Below are positions 24,664 to 32,000 of a stretch of DNA of 32,000 nucleotides, one piece after another. Source of the DNA: Candidatus Omnitrophota bacterium. Its GTDB lineage: Bacteria; Omnitrophota; Gorgyraeia; 2-01-FULL-45-10. Each line of letters begins with the position of its first letter. The first letter of the stretch is position 1. The translations under genes and the position numbers were made by a program. A model generated the notes under the pieces. That model did not search any database. It had not been told where the DNA came from and saw only the letters and a list, made by a program, of their open reading frames with translations. The stretch covers positions 180,001 through 212,000 of the forward strand of contig JAMWCX010000002.1 in assembly GCA_023818895.1 (NCBI GenBank), read 5' to 3'.

Positions 24664-25703
24664 CGGCACCTTTCTCCCAGTATATGTGAGGCGGCTTCCA
24701 AGACATCATTAACCGTAACCGCCTCGAGACACTTAAATCCGATTTTGCATTCATGAGCAAGGCATATATCACAACCGACATATTTATGTAGGATGATATC
24801 GCGATCACCCAACGGGCCCCAGCGTTCCGGCGAAAGGCCTCGGTCAGACCGTCCAAATATCGCGACTACTGGCGTTCCGACAGCGCAGCAGATATGGACA
24901 GGACCGGAATCGTTGGATATAAAAAGCCTGCATCGTTTAAGTACGCTGGCGATGTCAGCGACGTCTGTCTTACCAGCCAGGTTCAGACACCTGTTATCAA
25001 GAAGAAAGGCGACTTTATCGGCAAAAACCTTGTCGCCAATTCCGGAGAGGATGACAGTCTTCACGCCGTATTTTGAAATTAAGCTCCTCGTAACGGCAGC
25101 GAAATTTTCCGCAGGCCATCTCTTAGACGGACAGCTCGCTCCAGGGTTTATGGCGATTACCAAGTCGTTGTTGTGTATGCCATATTCTTTAAAAATTTTT
25201 TCTATCTTTTGCTCGGAGCCAGCGTTAAGTGGCATATAAAGAGACCTGTCAGTAGCTTCTATGCCGATATAACGGACCAGATCAAGCGTATAATCGATCT
25301 CGTGTTTAAGACCAAGCTGTTTTTTATGCGGAACTCTCTTCGTAAGAAGTCTTCCCCATTTTGTATCATATCCTAGCCTTACAGGTATGCCGGCCAAGGC
25401 CGTTATTAAATGGGCTCTTTGTGTAGGATGAAGGATAATTGCAAGGTCGAAACGCTTTTTCCTCAGATTACCGATAAATTCGATATTACCTAAAAAGTCT
25501 TTTTCGCGCCCTTCCTTATCGTAGATGATAATCTCATTAATGTTAGGGTTGCCCTCAACTATCTGCCGGGCATATGGCCTCACCATTACGGCAATATAAC
25601 TATCCGGATAGGCGCGCCTTACCGCCTTTATGGCGGGCGTCGACAGCAGAACATCGCCTATCCTGTCTAGCCTTATTATCAATATCCTTTTGTAATCTCG
25701 CAT
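24660..25703 (-). CDS. Glycosyltransferase family 9 (LPS heptosyltransferase-like), copy 3
   Basis: 347-aa ORF with N-terminal ILIIRLDRIGDVLLSTPAIKAVRRAYP, NDSGPVH, and a C-terminal Cys cluster (CDICLAHECKIGFKC), as in WaaC/WaaF-type enzymes. Confidence 0.85.
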   Translation of the reverse strand: MRDYKRILIIRLDRIGDVLLSTPAIKAVRRAYPDSYIAVMVRPYARQIVEGNPNINEIIIYDKEGREKDFLGNIEFIGNLRKKRFDLAIILHPTQRAHLITALAGIPVRLGYDTKWGRLLTKRVPHKKQLGLKHEIDYTLDLVRYIGIEATDRSLYMPLNAGSEQKIEKIFKEYGIHNNDLVIAINPGASCPSKRWPAENFAAVTRSLISKYGVKTVILSGIGDKVFADKVAFLLDNRCLNLAGKTDVADIASVLKRCRLFISNDSGPVHICCAVGTPVVAIFGRSDRGLSPERWGPLGDRDIILHKYVGCDICLAHECKIGFKCLEAVTVNDVLEAASHILGERCR

Positions 25704-25723
25704 GTTAGTTTAAACCTTTGACC

Positions 25724-26701
25724 TTAGCCGTATCCTTCAAGCATCATCCGGGCGGTATCAAAAACCTCATCCGCAGATATTAACTTCATGCATTCATGAT
25801 TAAAGCGGCATTCGGCCCTTTCGCACGGTGAGCAGTGAAGTCTTGTATTGATAACTGAGTCGAGCTCGCCGGTGGGGCCATACTTTTTCGGATCGGTCGG
25901 CCCGAATATCGCAAGCACTTTCGTCCCTACCGCACATCCCAGATGAAGAGGGGCGCTATCGTTGGTTATGAGAAGCCTTGATCTCTTGAGAAGCGAGGCG
26001 AGCTGCCTTATATTGGTCTTGCCAACAAAATTGAACGGCTTAGTCTTCATTCTAGCGGTTATCGCCGCCACAATATCCGCATCCTCCTTGAGGCCGATCA
26101 TTATTATGCTCGCCTTACATTCTCCAGCCAAGCGGTCACAAACCTCGGCAAATCCTTCCGGCATCCAGCGCTTCAGATGGCTCTTCGCGGCCGCGTTCAC
26201 CACCACCATCGGTTCTGGAACGCCTTCGCTTTTGAGAAGCCCTGAAATATACTCATCGTCTTCCGCTGGTATATATATGTAGGGCCGACGCTGCGGATCT
26301 TTTACGCCCAACGATTTTAATCTGTAAAGGTGCCTGTCCATGCTATGAACCACAGGGGCAGGGAAGCGCTGAACGGTAGATGTCCTATACTTCGGAGATA
26401 TCAAAAGCGGAAAAATCGTATTCTTCAGGTCGACAACCATGTCGTATCTGAGATTCTTGAGCCTTAACTGTATACGCCTCTTAGCCGCAAGCGATGAATG
26501 CTTGTCATAAATCATCAGCTTGATAACCGCAGGGTCTTTCTCAAATATATCCTTACCCTGAGGCCCTACCAAAACGTCTATTCTGGCGCCGGGAAACTCA
26601 TTCTTCAGAGTGGAAATTACGGGGGTCGTAAGGATTATATCCCCGACATTGCTTAAGGTTATAACCAATATCCGCTTTATCTGCGATTTATCCGCTATCA
26701 T
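25724..26701 (-). CDS. Glycosyltransferase family 9 (LPS heptosyltransferase-like), copy 2
   Basis: 325-aa ORF with ILVITLSNVGDIILTTPVISTLK, NDSAPLH, and the C-terminal motif CSPCERAECRFNHEC. Confidence 0.85.
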   Translation of the reverse strand: MIADKSQIKRILVITLSNVGDIILTTPVISTLKNEFPGARIDVLVGPQGKDIFEKDPAVIKLMIYDKHSSLAAKRRIQLRLKNLRYDMVVDLKNTIFPLLISPKYRTSTVQRFPAPVVHSMDRHLYRLKSLGVKDPQRRPYIYIPAEDDEYISGLLKSEGVPEPMVVVNAAAKSHLKRWMPEGFAEVCDRLAGECKASIIMIGLKEDADIVAAITARMKTKPFNFVGKTNIRQLASLLKRSRLLITNDSAPLHLGCAVGTKVLAIFGPTDPKKYGPTGELDSVINTRLHCSPCERAECRFNHECMKLISADEVFDTARMMLEGYG

Positions 26702-26718
26702 ACTTTAGAATTTAATCC

Positions 26719-27732
26719 TCAGCCGAGCAGTCTCTCCGCTTCCCGAACAACATCTTCGACCGTTATCGCGTCCATACAAATGTTATCGATGCATGTAACA
26801 TCGTAGCATGGCGTCTCGCACCTTTCGTTTTTCCATATAATGCGCCATGCGCCGGTTCCATAAGGTCCTGTAATGCGAGGAGAGGTTGGCCCAAAGAGCG
26901 CTATCGTTTTGACGCCTAGCGCCGAAGCCATATGCATAGGGCCGGTATCATTTGCCACAACAAGTTCGGAGCGCTCAAGAAGCGCGCCGAGCTGTTTTAA
27001 ATCGGTCTTGCCCGCGGCGACTATCGCCTTGCCGCCCATCAGTTCATTTATCTGGACCGCCAAACCGGCATCCTTCGCCGATGCCGCTAAGATTATCTTC
27101 GCTTTGAATCTCTCGCCTAGGATCTCGCCCAGCTTCGCGAACTTTTCCGCGGCCCATCTCTTTGGGCCCCAGTTACCGCCTGGACAGAGTAATATAATCC
27201 TGTCCTCATCGGACACTCCGACATCTTTAAGGAAGCTTGAGATGTACTTTCGGGCCCCGTTATCCACAAAATATTCATATGAGGTGTTAAGAGGCTTTAT
27301 TCCGGCGCTCTTTGCTATATTCAGGAAATATTCCACCTTGTGCAGCTCCTCATCAGGCTCTTCGACGGCTTTAGTCAGGACCCAACCGCGGTTTTTGTTC
27401 GGATAACCGATCCTCTCCTTTATTCCGGCCAGCAGCGTTATGAGCGCCTTCGTAAATGATCGGTGAAGGAGGAAGGCAGTGTCGAACTTCCTAGCTTTAA
27501 GCTGCTTTATGAGCCTCCATTTACCCACAAGACTTTTGTGAGAGCCTTCCTCATCATAAAATATTATCTCGTCCAGTCGGGGATTCGACTCTAGTATATC
27601 TTTACACCGCGGATGCAGTAGGCACGCTATATAAGCGTCTGGATACGCTTCTCTGACCGCCCTGATAAAAGGCGTCGAAAATATGACATCCCCAATCCAG
27701 TTTACGTTAACTATAAGTATTCGCTTGCCCAT
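26719..27732 (-). CDS. Glycosyltransferase family 9 (LPS heptosyltransferase-like), copy 1
   Basis: 337-aa ORF with ILIVNVNWIGDVIFSTPFIRAVREAYP, NDTGPMH, and a C-terminal Cys cluster (CETPCYDVTCIDNIC). Confidence 0.85.
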   Translation of the reverse strand: MGKRILIVNVNWIGDVIFSTPFIRAVREAYPDAYIACLLHPRCKDILESNPRLDEIIFYDEEGSHKSLVGKWRLIKQLKARKFDTAFLLHRSFTKALITLLAGIKERIGYPNKNRGWVLTKAVEEPDEELHKVEYFLNIAKSAGIKPLNTSYEYFVDNGARKYISSFLKDVGVSDEDRIILLCPGGNWGPKRWAAEKFAKLGEILGERFKAKIILAASAKDAGLAVQINELMGGKAIVAAGKTDLKQLGALLERSELVVANDTGPMHMASALGVKTIALFGPTSPRITGPYGTGAWRIIWKNERCETPCYDVTCIDNICMDAITVEDVVREAERLLG

Positions 27733-27798
27733 ATGATAATTTGCAAATTCCTTTAACTCGCAGGCCGTTTTATCATTGCTTGGCGCGCATGAGCATCC

Positions 27799-28584
27799 CT
27801 ACTCATCCCTATGTTCCTTGATCCACGTATAATAACCACTGGTCTCGATCCAAAACACGAATAGATTATTTGACGTGCGTGAGATGCGAACCCTTTTTAT
27901 CGCGTAAATATCATCGTTAGGCGCAAACCTTCCGGGATTCGTAGCTAGCGCGCAGGCATAGCCAGCCTGTCTTGCGCAGGTCTTTACCCTCTCGTCATGA
28001 GCCCCCACAGGATAACATAGCTCTTTGACCGGTTTGCCGAGTTTGTCCTCCAGTATCTTCTTAGAGTCATTAAGCTCAGATTTGAGTCTTTCCGTATTCA
28101 TTGTCGGTAGCCATAAGTGCGAGATGGTATGGCTGCCTATAGTTATGAGACCGGAATCTGACATCTCTTTTATCTCTTTCCAGCCCAGATAGCCCGGCTG
28201 GCCTATCTTGCCGACTATCACATATATCGTAGCGGGTATACCGTATTTCTTGAGAACGGGATAAGCATATTTGTAATTATTATAGAATCCGTCATCGAAG
28301 GTGATGGCGATGGTCTTCGGCGGCACCCTTTCTTTATTCTGAATATAGGAGACGGCTTTCTCGACGCTGATTACGTTATAACGGTGATCTTTGAGGAATT
28401 TCATCTGCCTTTCGAAGCTTTCAGGGGATACGGAAAGCTTTGAAAGTCGCGTGTTATCATCGATGGAGTGGTACATGAGGATCGGCAAGACATAAGCGTT
28501 TTTCAATGATAACAATAACGCCGCGACTATGACAATGAGAAAGCCGGCCGTAATAGTTATTTTTAATATCGTTTTCTTTTTCAT
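27799..28584 (-). CDS. Polysaccharide deacetylase (NodB homology domain) with an N-terminal membrane anchor
   Basis: 261-aa ORF with an N-terminal TM helix (ITITAGFLIVIVAALLL), NodB motif 1 (ITFDDGF) and downstream His motifs (GSHTISH). Its start overlaps the upstream GT4 stop (ATGA). Confidence 0.8.
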   Translation of the reverse strand: MKKKTILKITITAGFLIVIVAALLLSLKNAYVLPILMYHSIDDNTRLSKLSVSPESFERQMKFLKDHRYNVISVEKAVSYIQNKERVPPKTIAITFDDGFYNNYKYAYPVLKKYGIPATIYVIVGKIGQPGYLGWKEIKEMSDSGLITIGSHTISHLWLPTMNTERLKSELNDSKKILEDKLGKPVKELCYPVGAHDERVKTCARQAGYACALATNPGRFAPNDDIYAIKRVRISRTSNNLFVFWIETSGYYTWIKEHRDE

Positions 28585-29675
28585 CTCGAAACTTCTTTAT
28601 AGAGCTCAGCGATCTTGTCAGCCATCGATGCCAGAGTGAATCTTTCCACTACGAGCTGTCGCCCCCTATCTCCCATACTCTTACGACGCTCTTCGTTTGC
28701 CAGCAACGTTAACACCGAATCACTTATTCCGCGGACATCCCCCACATCCACCAGGATGCCATTTAAGCCGTTTTTTATTATGTCCTCTATGCCCCCTACT
28801 CTCGAAGCTACCACCGCCCTTCCAGCGGCAAGCGCCTCAAGAAGGGCAATGCCAAGGCCTTCCTTCACAGAAGGAAAGACGAAGACATCCATTATAGAAA
28901 GAAATCTGTTCGTGTCGGGGCACGACTCGAAAAATTTTACCGAATCTCCGATGCCCAGGGTCTCGGCTAGCTTCTTCAAGGCAGGGCCTTCCTCGCCGCT
29001 GCCCACTATAAGACCCTGTATACGGCGATCGGCTCTTATAGCGTCTTTGAGCGCGCGCACAAGATAAACCTGGCCCTTAACAGGAGAAAGCCTCCCTATG
29101 GTGCCGACAACCGGCCCCTCCTTCAATCCGAGTTGCTTTTTTATACCGGTTATCTCCGAATCTGAATACCTCTTTGAGAACTTTTTTATATCGACTCCGC
29201 TGTATATCAACGCTATCCTAGCTCGCTCCACCCCTAGATCATTTATAAGATGCGTCTTCACCGCATCGCTTATTGCTATGACCCTTACGCCCCAGGTATC
29301 TACTATTCTCCTAAACCTCTTTTTAAAATAGCCGTGGCAGGTGGTCACATACGGCACGCCTGTCAGACGGGAAGCGATGGCCGAGGCGACTTGCGAGACG
29401 CGAGAATGGGCATGGATTATGTCTATTTTCTCATTCCTCGCTATTCGACTTATGGCAAATGCCCCTTTAAAAACTTTAGGACCGAGTTCGAATTTTGTAG
29501 CTATATCGATAACACGATGAGATATGCCCGATTTTACAAGCTCCAGCTCCAAGTCGCCTCCCGATGAAGCGACAACCACATCGATACCCTTCTCCTTTAA
29601 AGCCTTTGATAAGGTCAATATATAGTTTGATATACCGCCTATGTTAAAATGCGTGGTGACATGCAAAACCTTCAC
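28581..29675 (-). CDS. Glycosyltransferase family 4 (GT-B, RfaG/WaaG-like)
   Basis: 364-aa ORF with GTG start in a GTGA overlap with the upstream gene. It carries the EX7E-type motif (PSVKEGLGIALLEALAAGRAVVASRVGG). Its N-domain is paralogous to the N-half of the adjacent fusion protein. Confidence 0.85.
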   Translation of the reverse strand: MKVLHVTTHFNIGGISNYILTLSKALKEKGIDVVVASSGGDLELELVKSGISHRVIDIATKFELGPKVFKGAFAISRIARNEKIDIIHAHSRVSQVASAIASRLTGVPYVTTCHGYFKKRFRRIVDTWGVRVIAISDAVKTHLINDLGVERARIALIYSGVDIKKFSKRYSDSEITGIKKQLGLKEGPVVGTIGRLSPVKGQVYLVRALKDAIRADRRIQGLIVGSGEEGPALKKLAETLGIGDSVKFFESCPDTNRFLSIMDVFVFPSVKEGLGIALLEALAAGRAVVASRVGGIEDIIKNGLNGILVDVGDVRGISDSVLTLLANEERRKSMGDRGRQLVVERFTLASMADKIAELYKEVSR

Positions 29676-31819
29676 GCCACACCTTCTTTTTCCCTGACAC
29701 GGTTTGATCTTGAACCGTAAGACCCCTCCTTCGCAAGGAAAGGTTTCGCGGCCTCCAAGACCTCATCCACCGTTATCTTCTTAAGGCAAGTGATCTTCTT
29801 CTGGCAAGCGCTCTTATAACAGGGGCTGCACTTCATCTCATGCCCTTTCCAGAAAACCACGCAATCTTTTGATGGCGAAAGATGTCTTGTCGGATCCGTT
29901 GGGCCGAATAAAGCGATTAAAGGCGTTCCCATGGCACAGGCCACATGCATAGGCGCAGAATCGGGGGTTACATACAATTTGAAATATCTCATAAGGCTTG
30001 CCAACTCCAAGATGGTCGTCTTGCCGGCCAAATTGACCGGCTTCGACCTGGCAAGTCTTGCGATCTCCGCCGCATAAACGGAATCCTTTTCGGCTCCTGT
30101 CAAAACCGCCCTTACGTTAAAATCACACGCCAGCCTATCGCAAAATTCCGCTATATAAGAGGGCGGCCAATTTTTGCTTAACCACCTGTCGGAAGCCCTT
30201 ACATTTATACCTACTAGCGTCTGTGAAGGCTGTAGCCAGTTCTCATTGAGCAACCTAGCGGCCTGAGCATCATCGTACCGCGAAGGCCAAAGTTCCAACT
30301 CCGCTCCAGCATCCTTGACACCAGCCATCTTAAGCGTCCTTAACTGATGCTCGATCGGATTAAGGTATGGGGCGTCATCTTTTATCTTCTTATTAAGAAG
30401 AAAGGACATCTTGCCGTTATCGTAGCCATAACGAAGAGGCGCCATGCTCAGATATGCCAAAATATGGCTTTTCTTGTTGTTTTGAAGGTCTATTACCATG
30501 TCGAAACACTCTCTGCGCAGCGCCGCCGCAAGAGACAATAACCCTTTTAAGCCTTTATTTTTAACCTTGAAATCACATACTATCCTATCATTGATATAAG
30601 GACAATTATCTAGCACCTCTCGGAACCGCAAACCCACCAGGACCTTTATCTTGGCATCCGGGTATTTGGCTCGTATCGCTCGCAGACTAGGCACACTGAG
30701 TATGATATCCCCTATCGCGCTCATCTTTATCACCAGTATGTTTGGAGACTTAAGCGCTTCCTCGTATACCTGAATTGTAGACTTCATCATCTTCTCAAGG
30801 TTGAAATCGGACTCCACCTTCTTTCTTGCCTCAATGGCCATCGAAATACGCAACTGGTCATCCTTATATATCCTGGCTATTTTTTCGGCCATGTCTGCCG
30901 GATTCCGCGCCTCGCACAAAAGCCCAGTCTTCCCGTCGTCTATTATATCAACCACACCACCAACCCTCGTCGCGACGACGCAAACCCCTGAGGCCTGCGC
31001 CTCGATTATTACCCTTCCGAACGCTTCCGGCGTTGTAGTGGCCGAGACGAGACAGTCGAGGCCGCGCATCACCTCTGGCACGTCTTGACGGGCACCGCCA
31101 AACTCCACGATGTCTGAAAGCCCGAGTCGCCGCACAAGTATCTCCAGCTCCTCCCTGTATTTTTCTTTTGGAGCAGAGCCTACTATCACCGCCTTTATGC
31201 CCGCTATCTGACGTCTTAAAATCGAAACGGCCTTAATGAAATCGGCATGTCCCTTAAGAGGCGTTATCCGCGAGACCATGCCAACTACGAATGAGTCTCC
31301 GAAGAATTCCTTAGGCTTCGCGAAGCGGAATCTTTCCAAGTCAACACCTCGCGGTATGAGGCGGATCCGTTCATATGGCACCGCGAAATTACTGCTCATG
31401 TGTTTTGCCATTATATTCGATGCCACTATGACGTATTTGCCCCAGCTGATGGGGACGCTCATAATATGTTTGGAGTAATATCCGTGTGCCGTTGTGATAA
31501 AAGTCCGACCGGTGGAGCGGCAAGCAAAATAAGCGACGGCGGCCGGCACGCGGGAACGGGCATGCACTATATCTATATCCTCACTCCTTATGATGTCACG
31601 CAAGGCGCCGATCATCCTTAACATGCTAAATATGGACTTATTTCCTACAGGAAGGTTATAATGTCTGGCGCCAGCCGCCTCGGCTTCCGCCACAAGCCTT
31701 CCGCCGCCCGATACTATAATCGCCTTATGGCCGTGTGATGATAGATAACGCGCAAGATCAACAGTACCCGTCTCCACACCGCCTATATCCAGAGATGGCA
31801 GAATCTGAAGGATATTCAT
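29672..31819 (-). CDS. Bifunctional fusion: N-terminal GT4 glycosyltransferase + C-terminal GT9 (heptosyltransferase-like) domain
   Basis: 715-aa ORF. Residues ~1-355 are GT4-like (TTPEAFGRVIIEAQASGVCVVATRVGG). Residues ~360-700 are GT9-like (ILVIKMSAIGDIILSVPSLRAIRAKYP, PDSAPMH, CSPCYKSACQKKITC). AGAGGA lies 8 nt upstream of the ATG. Confidence 0.85.
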   Translation of the reverse strand: MNILQILPSLDIGGVETGTVDLARYLSSHGHKAIIVSGGGRLVAEAEAAGARHYNLPVGNKSIFSMLRMIGALRDIIRSEDIDIVHARSRVPAAVAYFACRSTGRTFITTAHGYYSKHIMSVPISWGKYVIVASNIMAKHMSSNFAVPYERIRLIPRGVDLERFRFAKPKEFFGDSFVVGMVSRITPLKGHADFIKAVSILRRQIAGIKAVIVGSAPKEKYREELEILVRRLGLSDIVEFGGARQDVPEVMRGLDCLVSATTTPEAFGRVIIEAQASGVCVVATRVGGVVDIIDDGKTGLLCEARNPADMAEKIARIYKDDQLRISMAIEARKKVESDFNLEKMMKSTIQVYEEALKSPNILVIKMSAIGDIILSVPSLRAIRAKYPDAKIKVLVGLRFREVLDNCPYINDRIVCDFKVKNKGLKGLLSLAAALRRECFDMVIDLQNNKKSHILAYLSMAPLRYGYDNGKMSFLLNKKIKDDAPYLNPIEHQLRTLKMAGVKDAGAELELWPSRYDDAQAARLLNENWLQPSQTLVGINVRASDRWLSKNWPPSYIAEFCDRLACDFNVRAVLTGAEKDSVYAAEIARLARSKPVNLAGKTTILELASLMRYFKLYVTPDSAPMHVACAMGTPLIALFGPTDPTRHLSPSKDCVVFWKGHEMKCSPCYKSACQKKITCLKKITVDEVLEAAKPFLAKEGSYGSRSNRVREKEGVA

Positions 31820-31916
31820 GCGGCATCCTCTTTCATGGTGTTTGGCATACTTTCAGCGCCATAATATTTTTTGGACATCCACCATACACTTTAAAAGACG
31901 CCTCCCCAAGGCCATG

Positions 31917-32000
31917 CTATATAAGCCGCCTAACCGCCGCAAATATCTTCTCGCGGTCGTTAGTCCCTTTGCCTGAGAACTGCTTCTTCCACGTCCTTTC
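31917..32000 (-). CDS. 3' end of an unidentified upstream gene (5' part outside the window)
   Basis: Open frame from the window edge reads ...ERTWKKQFSGKGTNDREKIFAAVRRLI, then TAG at 31917-31919. It is too short to assign a family. Confidence 0.4.
   Translation of the reverse strand, partial: ERTWKKQFSGKGTNDREKIFAAVRRLI

Noticed and set aside
31816-31878. 20-codon upstream ORF (MSKKYYGAESMPNTMKEDAA) ending in an ATGA overlap with the GT4-GT9 fusion start
   Set aside because: The GGTGG element abuts its ATG with no spacing, there is no homology, and the real SD for the fusion gene (AGAGGA) lies inside it. It is most likely fortuitous.
1-32000. CRISPR arrays, transposases/integrases, IS inverted repeats, tRNA/rRNA genes, toxin-antitoxin or phage-defence cassettes
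   Set aside because: I looked for them by eye in all intergenic gaps and among all ORF translations and found nothing resembling them. The only repeats seen are the 13/14-nt tandem at 4638-4664 and short regulatory palindromes.

Overview
All supportable genes in this 32 kb window (about 37) lie on the minus strand. They are tightly packed, mostly have GGAGG-type Shine-Dalgarno sites, and many junctions overlap by 1 or 4 nt (TAATG, ATGA, GTGA). No rRNA, tRNA, CRISPR array or mobile element was seen. In order of increasing coordinate, which is 3' to 5' for the genes, the blocks are as follows. (1) A peptide/nickel-type ABC importer (ATPase, two permeases, family-5 binding protein), then secG, tpiA and pgk behind a perfect consensus sigma70 promoter. 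(2) A block from about 6.8 to 14.4 kb for oxygen and oxidative-damage defence: class II ribonucleotide reductase, MBL-fold hydrolase, ferredoxin, flavin-reductase-rubredoxin fusion, flavodiiron protein, a desulforedoxin-like mini-gene missing from the ORF track, 1Fe superoxide reductase, HAD phosphatase, glutaredoxin-like redoxin, a thioredoxin-reductase homolog and an archaeal-type Ogg. (3) An Rrf2-regulated hybrid-cluster-protein module containing a ferredoxin-domain protein and a 9-Cys zinc-ribbon protein. (4) An LPS inner-core region: kdsC-kdsD-kdsA-kdsB, a heptose-7-P kinase-like gene coupled to a deoxyhypusine-synthase-like protein of unknown role, a divergent YchF, a ZIP metal transporter, three GT9 genes, a NodB deacetylase, a GT4 and a GT4-GT9 fusion. 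The gene content suggests an anaerobic or microaerotolerant diderm bacterium, but I cannot assign a lineage. The most interesting items are the split desulforedoxin/SOR arrangement, the TrxR homolog lacking the NADPH motif, the DHS-like/kinase pair, a possible -1 frameshift site at the pgk-tpiA junction, and the structured hcp-nrdJ spacer. All family assignments come from motif and sequence recall, not from database searches.
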